From Takakia lepidozioides (taxonomy: Eukaryota > Plantae > Bryophyta), in the NCBI GenBank assembly GCA_030704615.1, contig CM060734.1, positions 56,978,001 to 57,042,000 of the forward strand: DNA of 64,000 nt, in the 5' to 3' direction. The notes beneath the pieces were generated by a model, which was given only the letters and a program-made list of their open reading frames with translations, did no database searches and was not told where the DNA came from. Both the position numbers and the translations under genes were made by a program. Shown piece after piece: positions 36,634-48,771 of the stretch (the stretch's first letter is position 1; each line of letters starts with the position of its first letter).

Positions 36634-39600
36634 TGGAATGAGGCACATCGCCATGGATCGAGGTGACATTTCCAGCTGCAACTGATGTCGTGCTTCGTTG
36701 GCGTTTCTTGTGTGTGTGAGTGTTCACAGGGTGGCGGGGCTGTGATGGCAGGTTTGGTGGTCGCTGCTATGGAATGCGTTCGTCGGGTGCTGCGTTTCGG
36801 GTGCCCGACAATTCCCCATAAATCGATGACGTAGCCCGATTTTTTGGGCCGGAATCCTCTCCCAGCTCAGGCATGAGTTCCCCGGAATTTGGATTCAAGT
36901 AGAAATAGGCCCAAATGGAAATCTATGCATGTAGATTGGTTAGAATTCTTCCAAATTTTTTATGGTGATGAGTTTCCACCCAAGGATATGACCGGAGGAA
37001 TTGATATTGTGATGAAAATTTGGACACATTTGAGGCAGATTTGGGGGTCAATTGTAATGGAGAGCATGTTTGACCCACCAATTTTCCCATACAAAGCAAC
37101 CCTCATGTGGTTTTGGAATTTGGTTCTAGAATCTTGGCCCAAGGTGCTCTACATGCCAGGCAATTACAATCTGGGTATGCTGTATCAATGAAAAATCATT
37201 TTGCCAGGCTAATTGCTTGGTCAAACCATTTTTTCACTCCAAAACTAGAGCACAATAAATATTTACAGCTTACATTTTTGTTATAATCTTCCTAATGACA
37301 TGGTGAAATCACTTGAAATTTTTACAGTAGGTTCCTGAAGTAGGTAGGATTACTTTCATACTGTTCATCCCCCTGGACGTTTGCCAAATGTCAGATATGC
37401 CCTCAAACATGAGGACATATTCCGTTTTGGCATGGGCCCACCAAAAGCGGGCTCGTCCATTAGGGGTTAAGGGTTAACTTAGTCATGATGGTGGTTGTTT
37501 TTTTTTTTTTTTTCGGGGCGACAAGTCCAATTGGAGGCTACTTCTACATATACATACCTTATACTTGCAGCACTTACTACAGTTTGATACGTCACAGGAA
37601 TCAAGCTTTTGACTGTTCCCTTTCCTTCCTTCCATATATCCTAGGCTAAGCTTACTAGACACACGCAAGCGCACTATGTACACAAGTCGACCTCGCTGGT
37701 TAAGCAGAATAGGTCGGTCAGCCTAAGACTCAACACAGAGTATGTACTCGCTAGGTGGGTAGGTGTCCTAGACCGAGACCATGAAGGCTAGTAAGGGTAG
37801 CTGCAAGGTTCGAAGTACCGACCTGCAGGAGCCGTTGAGAGGAATGGAATGCTGTAAACCCATGTACGTATTGTTACAAACTTGCCAGGTACGACACATC
37901 CTCTAAAGGCACGCTTTCTGTACGCTCAGACAGTGTGTACTCCATGTTTTCTGCAATCTTGTCGTTGACTAGCGCCTGCCATTTTGAAGCTGCCTCCTCC
38001 CATCTTTCTTCACTCGTATTCTGTAGTGGGGGCCACGCTTGTGATACTGTATTATATTGCGCACAGGAGTCATCCAGCAAATCAGCTACTACCTGGATTA
38101 CTTAATAAGGATGTTTGTTTGTACACTGTTCGAGACTCGAGTGATATGGAAAGCATCTTGCAAGTCTGACTAGTGATTAGCAGCATAATTAGCAGCTTGA
38201 TTTGGAAAGAAGATGGAACGTACACGTACAAGTAGGAATATTTGTATGAGGAGGTGCTGCCTGCCACCCACTGATCTCGGTGATGCCATATCCCCAAAAA
38301 TTCCCACTGCCAATGGCACATTCTAACCTCGGCTATCCTTCAAGTTGCCTTTTATGAGCACACGATGATTGTAGGCTTGATGGGTACCATCATTATGAGC
38401 TTCCAGAAGACTCCAATTGATTGTGCCTGAGTAAAGCTTGAGGACAATCCTTCCAATGGGAGTGTGTTTTAGGGTCTTCACACATTTTTGAACTGGAAGA
38501 CTTGCATGTGGTCAACAGATCGTACCAGTTTTTTAATTAGGTCTGTTGCAATTGTCGGTGTGGTGTTTGTCCCATTGTCTTAAGAGGTCAGTAAAATTAT
38601 GGCATCCACACTTCGCTGGTTCACACTTCACACATCTCTGCCACGAGGTATCCAGCCTTGTTATAGGTACATGGTGACCCTCCTGCATCTGACTTTGAAA
38701 TGCACACTGAAGCACATCGTCCTTGCGAAGGGACAACTTATTGATCCATTGTCAGATTGGGGCATTGCATTTCAAGTCACTTTCACTCTCCCGCTCCTAA
38801 TTCTAGTCTCACAAAGAAGTTTTTTTGGAGGAACGATAACTGGCAACATGTTTGAGAGGCACTCAATTTGATTGGAGAGACTCACTACATCAGGTCTTTT
38901 TCCTCGCCCAGTCCATATCCCTTGTGGTAGCCACCATTTGCTACACCATCGTGCTTCTTTTAGCTCCATATTTTCCTTCAAACAGAGAAAGCAATGAAGG
39001 CTGTTGCTCCAAGTAAATATGGTTTTCATATCTGGTTGTAAGACAATTCTTTCTCTGAGTTTCTGAGAGATGACAATCCATAAGAAATCACCTGAGAAGC
39101 CAAGTTACCTTTTAGCTGTAATATGGCTACAAGGTTAACACCTTGCCAAATGGAAGAAAAAATAATAGCTGTCATAGATCCACGTTGGTATGCAACTCTC
39201 TCTGATTACCTGGACAATAGAGCTTTGGTCAAGAACACATAGGAGTAATGATTATGGGATGGCATACAAATCTGAACTGCATCCCTCAAAGCAACCACCT
39301 CACGAATGGTGCAAAGACTACAAATCAAAATCACTGAATTTTAAGCACTTAATAAATTTAGTTTTTAAGGGGGGCAATTTTTGGACTGGATTCCTGCAGT
39401 ATGGGTATTTACTAAAAACTTTCTACAATCACACATTGCAGGAAGACTTCTAGGAGTTATATCCAGTGATGTCAGCATGGAACATGAAGGGCGAAAGAGA
39501 GGAGCCCAACTCAGCAGGGGCACTAAGGCTTTCCACTACCCGATTCTCCAACATTCACGACTCCTGCATCAAACCACAAATGCTTGTAACGCATACATGG

Positions 39601-42494
39601 GGGTGCATGGATCTCCTAGTTATGATTAGCTGTGATGTACTCTTCAAATTTATTTCCAATCCAAGCACGTCAATTGATGTACAGGAAGTAGTACAATTAT
39701 GCACAGATTGTAGCTCTATGGCTAGCGAAGGTGAGATACATTTTGCACGTGGGAATGAAAGTGCAAAACTCGAGTGCTATCAATAAAGAACGAGACTGAT
39801 AGCAAGTGGATAGACAGACAGTCAAATTAACAAACTGAGCAAGAGAGGGCAGCATTAACCAAGACTGGGGAACAATCAAATCTAGAATTGCAAGAACTCG
39901 CAAGTGAATGTGGACAAGAAATAGCTTGCTGGAGGAAATTGAAAACTCAAGGCAGGCAGAGGAGTACAAGCCCTAGGCCAGAGTAGTTGGTTGCTCAGAG
40001 AGCTAATACATCCACACATACTAACCAGCAATAGACAAGCCCACAAGGTGTTGGTGTCATGTGTTGTTCAGGGCTCACACAAAGAGGAAATTGTTTAATC
40101 CAATACCCTGCAGGTTGGACATCACCACAAACCCACAAAATACAGTCACTGCAGATACTTCCTCTAGTGAAAGGTTCAAGCGAAGCACTCTGAAAAACAA
40201 TTACTTCCCTTCTATGGATATGCATCTGTTCCATGAGCACTTGACCATGTTGCAACCAGCCCACAGTACTCTTTAAAGCACTCCCTTTTCGTAGGCAAGT
40301 GCTTGGTCAGGATGGATGCAAATTTCCATAGATACACAAGCAGGGCGGGTCTGTCGACAGTATATCTGAATAAATGTGGAGACACAGAGGACAATATTCT
40401 TTGTTGCCCTGGCCAAGACAAAAAGTAGTCCACATGGGTTACTAGTGGGTGCTAGGGTAGTGCAAACATGACTGGCATGCCAGTCCAAGATATCTATTCC
40501 AGTCTCAGAGGGAGAACAACTGGAGGTACTTATTTATGCTTCAAATCAATTTTTCTTTCCTGGGTATTTGTCACATTAGACTTTCTATTGGACTTGACTA
40601 TGAAAAGGATGTTTGCTGTACATGCATGGTTTGGAAATGTGGAGCAGGTTTGAAAAACAAACCTTCCTGCCCTGGCATCCTCCATGCGGAGGTGCTCATT
40701 AAGTCTGTCCTTTAAATTCAAAGGTGATTTCTTCTCTTCTGCAGTCATTGTCTAGAACCTCTTGCGCCAGTTCCATTTTCCCAAGTCGCAGGATCCTCAA
40801 CTCATTTCCTCTGCCCAGTGGACGTGAGCAGTTCTACTTGAGTAAGCTGTAGGTGGTTCTGAGGTGAGAGCTCACGTCCTAATGACAGGAGCTCGAGCTG
40901 CCCACAAGCTTGAAGAGTAGCAAATGCAATGTGTAAAAGACTGGAATCACCCGGTTCAGCTCTTCAGATGTTTCTGCTGAAGCAATATCCAAGTAGAGTT
41001 ATTCCCCTTGGTACTATAGCATCATAAGTGACAATAAGAGTCACAACCAGGGTTGGAGTCAGCAGTTCAGACCTGCTAAATCCCAAAACTCCATATCAAA
41101 TTTCTACCTAGTGTCAAACTCAGAAGAAGACTGTAAAAATTCGTGGTGCAAGAAACATAGCTAGCTCATTATGGTAGGGCACAGCCAGCCACATCCTTTT
41201 CACAAATATGAGCCCAGGTCTTGGTGTCACTTGAGATGTCAAGTCTTTCTATCAAATATTTCCTCCCACTCAGCTCAGGTAACCCAATACCAAGTTGAAA
41301 GACTTTGCTAACTGGATATGGAGGTGCAACATGGAAGCCCACACTACTCCCACAAGATGGGGCCATCTGAGAAACCATTCTACCATGGCACACTTTGCAA
41401 AAGAAAATCCGCAATGTAGCTATAAAATGACCACAATCACACTTCCAGATGACTAAATGAACAATTTGAACAGAGCCCCTATATAAAACCGCTGAGGGAC
41501 GTGCATGAGGGAACCCTAAATCAAACCTAACCGTAAACTTAAGACCAACATAGCCTGCTACACTGAGTTCTCGATGTCTTATTCAACCTCGAACATCATG
41601 TCGTACATGTAGTCTCATCAGCTCAGAAAAGGGAGAAAAAATGCCCATATCGTACTCAACATGTGGATCTTGCAACCGTTCGGAAAAGAGCATTGGAGTA
41701 ACAGAGGAAACTCACTTAAAGCATGGCGAGTGGCAGCAATCGCACTGGAAGGAGACAAGCCTGCTCATCTTTCTCCGCTGCATCTGGTTGTGCTGCTCTT
41801 CGGAACTCTTGCACGCGGGCAGCAATCCTGCTGCCCCTCTTCCCATTCTCGGCCCACTTCAACCGCCACCAAGTAAGATATGAAGAAACTACGAAATCAG
41901 GCCAAATTCACGGGAGATATGGCAATAAGTTCACAACCGTACTAAGCAAGCAGAAATCTTTCCAACTTGTTCCACATTTCAGGTAAGCTCCCTGGTCCCT
42001 GAGGTCACCGTTGAAGGAAATTACGTGAGATAGGCGGGTGGGGGAACAGCATGATGCATCAGATGCCAGAACCGTCCCCGACCTCCTCCGAATCCTTGCC
42101 CGAACGGAGAATAACAGAGCGAGGTCGCCAATCCAAGGGGTGGCAGATCAGATTCGAGAATCGAACGCATGAATGCGGGCACGACAGGCTATCGATAATC
42201 GGATTGGGCCTTCCGTGCACACGGCCCGAGTGCAAGCGAGGCTCCCGTGGCTTCCATTCTCTGACCGCGCGGGTCACCCGGTACGGTACCCCTATCGTCA
42301 TGTGAGTCGTATGCATGTACGTACCCCATGGATCATGGTACCATCATGTATGGCATCCGCATGTGTCATGTGGCAAGTTTTTTTTTTTTTTGTTTTTTTG
42401 AGAAAGGGGAGGCAGCCCTTGAGAACTTTATTAAAAATTATTAATGGCTCCATTTTTTTCCCTCTTTTTTCTTGGTTTTCAAAAGTAACCAACA

Positions 42495-42564
42495 GTCAGT
42501 AGCTCAGTTGAAAGTGCACTGAGTGCCATCCGGATGACCCTGGGGTCAAATCCTGCTACTTGAC
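42495..42564 (+). other. tRNA-derived pseudogene or SINE head (Gly-GCC-like)
   Basis: A-box TAGCTCAGTTG, B-box-like GGGTCAAATCC, gtcagt/acttgac acceptor stem. Too degenerate for a functional tRNA. Confidence 0.5.
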
Positions 42565-43084
42565 GGGTGTGGTACGCTCTTCTCCCCCTTGCAATATTGA
42601 CAAAATAATCCAAGGTGACCTAGCTACATAACACAACTTTGTGAGCTCCAAAAACTAAGATCTGTATAGACGACAGGGGCGGAGCACAAGCTACTTTGGA
42701 ACAGCCCAAGGAGGAGATGATTTGGAAGTGCCACAAGAGAGGGGGTTGGCCAAGCTTGGATAGGCTCTTTGCAAGGGTAGGTGCAGAAGAGTGGGTTACC
42801 AAGTAAGGTGGTTGAGTGGATTACGTTAGGAGGGTTGGAGCAAGGCTTGGGATCTTGTACAATGGGCACGTACAACCTCACCAATTGGTGTCACTAAGGA
42901 GTCCACCTTCCTTGTCAGGATCGCGTTCAATAGAAACCACAATTTGTGCTTCATTTGGGAGGCGTCGGACTCTACTTTAAGGTAAGCATTTTTCTCTCTG
43001 TTTATGGACACATTGTACTAGAAGCCTCTATATACCATGCTCGCACAAAGAGGCCCGTATGCTTGATTTGCTTTAGATGAGACA

Positions 43085-43157
43085 ACCAAGTTGTAGCCCA
43101 GTGGTAATGGACACATACCACCTTGGAAGTGGTTGTGGGTTCAATCCACCCATTGGT
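43085..43157 (+). other. Second tRNA-derived remnant or SINE head
   Basis: A-box TAGCCCAGTGG, B-box GGTTCAATCC, accaa/ttggt terminal stem. Confidence 0.45.
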
Positions 43158-43839
43158 GTTACAAAGGTGTCGAGATTGGGTAGCACGTGAACATGCTCAT
43201 GTGAGCACAAGGGCATCACTTCCGCAAAATTTTCAGTAAAATTTCCACAGCGAAATAAAATTGGCGAAACTAAAACATAAAGAACAAGTAGCCCCTATAC
43301 CTGATGAACATGTTACTCCACGTGTCGTTTGTACAAACAAAACCTATATTTAAATTTCCTTCACCATGAAAATTTATTATTATTCTCTTTTAATGAAAAA
43401 GGATAAAAGAAAAAATGACCTTGCAAATCCATAAAATGTACATCAAAATGTATCTTTTTAGGATGGAAATGAGATTGTCTGCTCAAGACATTCCGACTCA
43501 CAAATTTGATTGGAACAACTCCTTGCCTTCCTGTTGGCAGCTCCCACAGTGCTAGATGCTCTCCAATAGAAAGAGAAGAATCTGAAGTTAATTGGAGGCA
43601 TTGTAGAAGTTTTAGAAAGGGCAAATCAAAAGCCCAACTCTCTTTTGAGCCTTACAAGCGAAAGTTTCTAGTTTCTGAGATCTGCTGTTCTGTTTATGAC
43701 TTTGGCTATGTGTCCCCCTGTTCAGCCTGCATGGCCTTCTTGGCAAGGTTATTTTCCTTGCAGACTCTTAATACATAATGTGGGCTTCATTCCCCACTTC
43801 TCTTTTTTTTTTAAAAAGAAAAAAAAAGACCATCAATAA

Positions 43840-44344
43840 TGTGTATAATAGAATCAAAGTTTTAGAGAAAAGCTTACAAGACCAATTTTAATATTGAGAT
43901 TATTTGTAAAGTTATCTATGTTTGTGTACTATCCACGTCACCTTCTGCGTTTTTTGTTTTGTTTTGTTTTTTGGATTTGAACAGGGGCCTCTGCGTATTT
44001 CATCTTTAATATGTTTAAGAAAAACCTCGGTGCTTAATTGTGATTTTAAACATTTGTATTTTTAGTTGAAGTAATCTCAAAACAATTTTGATGTTTTCAT
44101 TTTGATGACTTGATGTTCTTAGATTTTCATGGATAAGGTGTTGATGGATGAGATGTCCTACCCAAGATGTTTTCATTCAACCACAAGAGGGGCCAACCCA
44201 GCCTTTACAAAATAGAAAATTATTAGTAAATTTGTTGGAAATTTCATTTGTATAATTCTGGTATGGGTGGGTAGAAGTTAACCACCGACCATAATCTAAT
44301 CTGGTCGGTTTGGAGTTGGGGTATATGGGACAGTAAAGGGTTAA
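43840..44344 (+). mobile_element. Probable third piggyBac-type 3' terminus
   Basis: Ends gggacagtaaaggg-TTAA. gatggatgagatgtcctac resembles gatggtagatgtgtcctac of the outer element (~32040). No left TIR seen. Confidence 0.4.
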
Positions 44345-45285
44345 CCAGCCCTAATATCTTTATCATCGTCTTTTCACATTTTACTTTCATCCAACATTTT
44401 TCACACGACACGTGTGAATCTGAGCACGTAAATCGGCATTAACTCCCCGGGCGAGAGTTGATATTCTGCGCAACGTAGAATCGTGGAATCAAATGACGCC
44501 TGCGGATAAGATGCCGGGACTCTACGGCCTTTGTCCTGGCACGTGTTGAATATTCTGGATACGACGCGATGATCCCCATTGGGCCGCGTGTACCCCCCGC
44601 ATCTCGCCAGCCAGCGAATCACAGTCAATGAATGACACTTATTGCGCGTCATAGTGAGGATTCTACATCGATGCTGCCTTCTTCATTCATCCAACGCAGA
44701 TCGGTGCGAACGATATGGGATAAATGATTGGGTACGTGCCACTTTAGGCAGGCCAAGGAGGGTGGGGGGCCAATGATGAGCAACCCTAAGTTAATGAGGC
44801 ACTAATGGCGAGCGTGCGACGGGATGTTATTCATTATCGCGGGACCAAGACCTGATCCTAGTCAGCAACCTAGCCATCAATTCTGGTGTGCTGGAGGGTT
44901 GGTACTGGTGCAGACGGAAAGTAACAGAACAAATCCGGATACCTGACGTAACGCCACGAGTGTTGACACGGGTCATGCCCTGACGGCCGATGCGTAGGCT
45001 TTGATAATGACAGAGCTGCTCTTTTTGCCCCCCCTGACACTCTGGCGGCCGCCGGCTGCCAGCCCGCCTCATGTCATCCCTAGGCTTGTATCTGCTATGG
45101 GTCATGGCCAGTACCACATGTATGGCCATGGTCCATTTCTGCATCAGTCCATCCCACTCCTTCAGTTTCTTCATTGGCATCAACTTATGTACCTGCAAGG
45201 GGAAGTGGCTCTTATCTCGCTAACACCGGTTGGTGTCAAATGTACATATATCTTCCCATTTAGGATTTCAATCTTTGTCCAAAAA

Positions 45286-45961
45286 TATTTGCATCAACGG
45301 AATGAACCCTACCAAGCAACCCAGGCCGCCCGTACCCGCAACATTTTACCGGTCAAATAAGACATTCGTGTGATGGAAGAAAGAATATAGGGCTACAAAC
45401 GGACCCTAAGCAGTGGTTGTGAGGACTTGCAAGGGGAAAAGGCCCACCCCCCAAAGGGAGCAGTACCCGCAAGGTGAAGTGGCTCTTAGTTAGGCCGGCA
45501 TCGGCGGGAGTCCTCTCTCCCTCCTTCAACATGTGCCTTCAGACCCCTTCAGACTGTCCATTGGGCCCTCAATGGCCCCTGTTTTGAGCAGTAGGCTCTG
45601 TAAATTCACTGGACGTTAAAAAAAACTGTATCTTTATCTTTATCTCTCTCTCTCAAGGGGAAAAGGCTTTTATTTATGCTAGCTCTCTGGTTGGCATAAT
45701 ATACAGATACAGATACATATATATATATATATCCAGGTTTAAGTTTCCCCCAAGGATTAAAAAGAAATTAAAAGAAAGGGGACAGAGGCCCTGTTACTTG
45801 GGAGGATTGCATTCTCGTTGGAATGTATTTGCATCAAAGAAATGAACCCTACATAGCATCCCGTGCCCTTGCACCGGCAACATTAAGTTACTTGTCAAAT
45901 AAAGCATTTCGTATGGATATAAGAAAGAATGATGCCCATAGGGCTACACACATACCCTAAA
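45286..45961. repeat. Two diverged ~130-bp direct repeats (~45286-45410 and ~45827-45961)
   Basis: atttgcatcaa..aatgaaccctac...gtcaaataa...aagaaagaat...atagggctaca...accctaa in both copies. Confidence 0.7.
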
Positions 45962-48588
45962 TCCACTATAGGTACATTGATTCATTCTTCCAGTTTTGGG
46001 TCAAGGAAGCTAATTACAAAACCATTTGAGGTCCTCAGCCCCTTCTCGATTGATTGAGTGGCATCCATCTGTGATGTAAAATCTATTATTTGAGTAATGT
46101 CGACTATGTGGGGTTCATCGATTCGAAAAGGTCCATAATTTGTCGGTACAAGTATATTATTTTAGAGTTGCCATCAAAAGAGAGGATAATAGGAATAACA
46201 TAGGGCCCACCCTTGAAAGGGAGTAGCCGTAAGGCAAAGTAGCTCTTGGTTAGGTCGGTCCACTGACCGAAGTCTTCTCTCTAGGAATAACATAAGAATT
46301 CAATGCACATTGAGAGCACACTACGACAGTTTTTGGCGTGTCAAATCTTTCCTACCCCCTCTTGAGAATGAGATGAGACACAATGGGGTGATACTAGACA
46401 CAAGGAAGGAAGCGCTCTAATCGGTATAACTCCCACTTTGTGTCATAAAATTGAAGTAAGTCCAAACTCAGTCCAAATATAATACATTCTAAGAGGAAGT
46501 TACACCAAACAAGGGGTGACACCATTGTGCATGTGCCACAGAAAGAGAGTGAGCAAACTCCCAAAATGAACAGTAGAGAGGGCAAATAAACAATAGAGCT
46601 AGAAGAGAACCGAACACATCCGCAAGAAACCAAAGGATTGCAGGGCAGCCTAAACTAACGCTTGCTATGGAGCTTCCCAAATTGGGGTTTGATATCCTTT
46701 CGATGTCTACGGTTAATGCGTCCACATCCAAATTGGAGAGACAAAAGCTAGGAGAACCTCCTTCCAATGGGTGGCTTAAATTTCCATGTCAGTCCTTTCT
46801 TACAACATCCACAACTAAGGATCCTTAGCGAGTCCCATGTGGAGTCGAACAATGCAACGAGACTAGCTCATTCGTCTTCAACACATCTCCATAGAGCTAT
46901 CCCACACCTCCATTATTAAATCAGAGTAGATTCCTAGTACCTTTTGATGGAAAAACAATATGAATATTGTAAGAACTTAAGATCTGACTGTACTTTTGCA
47001 TGATTCAGACATGATCGACTCTAATGTTGTTTTGGAATAATGTTTAGGACATACCAGACTAGTTCTGGTAGTCCTGGTACTAGACGTATCACAAATTTAC
47101 TTTCATACCAGTCCCGTCTATATAATGGTGGATGGGGCGCACATAGCCATAATGTCCACATCCTAAAAGAAAACCTCAAACTACCTTTTAAACACACCAC
47201 CTCCTTTAATCTAGGCACCATACATTTTACAGCTATAACATTGCTCACTGCTCTAATCCTCAATATTGAAAGTGGCCAGCTAACCACTGTATGACTCGTT
47301 TCGGTGCTCATAGAGCCCAACCCTGAAATGGGACAGTACCCGCAAGGGAAAGAGGCTCTTATTTAATTTTTTCTAGATATTGGTATGAGTATGAGTATCA
47401 TGACCACAATACCAACTGGTATGAAATATCAATTTTGGTGTCATTCCAAAGCCATCTTGATTTACAAGTTGATCGGTCACGAGGTAGTTTCCCACCGTAG
47501 GCCTCCACGGCCTGATCGGTGGTTATTTTTCCACTTGGACTACTTGTTTTTGTATTTCTGGGACCTTTTATGTCCATTTGCTATAAAGTGTTTTGAGGCC
47601 ACCTTCCCTCTTTCTTAGAAAAAAAGGAAAAAGTGCTCCGACATTCCAAGGTTGATCTACAGAATATAAAACATATGAAGCAAGGTAGTTAGTTAGTTTA
47701 GTTTAGTTTAGTCTTGTAGCGTTTAGATCTCCCAAACCACATTCCCGGTGCACCAAGCACTGACGTAGTTTCACAATTTTTGGACTTGGGAGATATGGAA
47801 TTTAGCAAAGTGGGCTTTCCTAGAACAATGATTGGACATGTTACTACTCAATAAATTCATGGAAAAAATAAATTGGTTTTTTTCAATATATGATTTCCTT
47901 AACATAAGTTAGTTCATTCATATACCACACCTTCTTTGTAACTAAACAAGCATCCAACTCCAATTCTTCACCCATGGGCCTCGACATAGGAGACACACTC
48001 CGATAGATAGATAGGGGATTGCACTTGACTTATATGACACTGGACACTTGGGCCGACGACACATGTGATCTTATGACCCACTGGTAGAGATATCCAATTT
48101 TGGGTTTAAAGCCTTGAAGTACCCAATTAGAAAACCAAAATTATAATAAAGGGGAAGATGGACTTAGATAAGATTATGTGAAAGGTACCCACTTTTGTTG
48201 TCAATACTAAAAGGAAAGGGGGTAACAAAAGAGAATCCAATTGAAACCTTTTTTCATTGGAATTTTGGTATGGACGTATGGACTGTAATGAGCTTCTCAT
48301 TTTAGAATAATAAGGTCTTGAATGAAACATTAACTTTTATCCATTTAAAATTACTTTAAATTGAAATGAATTCAATGAGAACCAAAGATCTCTAACTCAG
48401 GTCATCTCCGCAACGTTTGAGCTTTCCTATTGAAGGTATGGGGCGGAGTCCGCTAAGTTGTAAGCTTAGTCCATGGTTCCCAGCAAGCTTTTCTTTCCTT
48501 GCGCTCCCTTCTTAATACAATTTAAGAGCCTCTATCCCCTTTCCAAAAAAAAGTAGAAAAAAAGAAAAAACTTCCACCCGGCGGTAAC

Positions 48589-48771
48589 AAAATTACTATA
48601 TAAAGTTACAGGCACTGCTGTGAGGTAAATTTAAAAGGTAAGTGTGTAGCAGCTAGGCAGGATGACCGACCCAAAAACAAATCTTACTATATAAAGTTAC
48701 AGACAGTGCTGTGAGGTGAAGGTAAGAAGTAAAACAAAAAAGTGTGTAGCAGCTAGGCAGTATGACCGACT
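48589..48771. repeat. ~90-bp tandem duplication
   Basis: ttactatataaagttacag...gctgtgaggt...aagtgtgtagcagctaggcag.atgaccgac twice. Confidence 0.75.

Larger units (their letters stand above)
32490..37466 (+). mobile_element. Full-length piggyBac-like DNA transposon with 15-bp TIRs and TTAA target duplication
   Basis: TTAA(32486-32489)-CCCCTAATGGACGAG ... CTCGTCCATTAGGGG-TTAA(37467-37470), with an internal DDD transposase. Confidence 0.92.

Noticed and set aside
37874-41900. Many short ORFs, possibly one decayed coding element
   Set aside because: No diagnostic motif could be recognised, so it is left unannotated pending BLASTx.
42495-43157. Functional tRNA genes
   Set aside because: The stems and T-loop consensus are broken, so they are kept only as tRNA-derived remnants.
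47330-47352. cagtacccgcaagggaaag resembles a large-subunit rRNA segment
   Set aside because: No flanking rRNA similarity. Treated as part of the dispersed hairpin motif.
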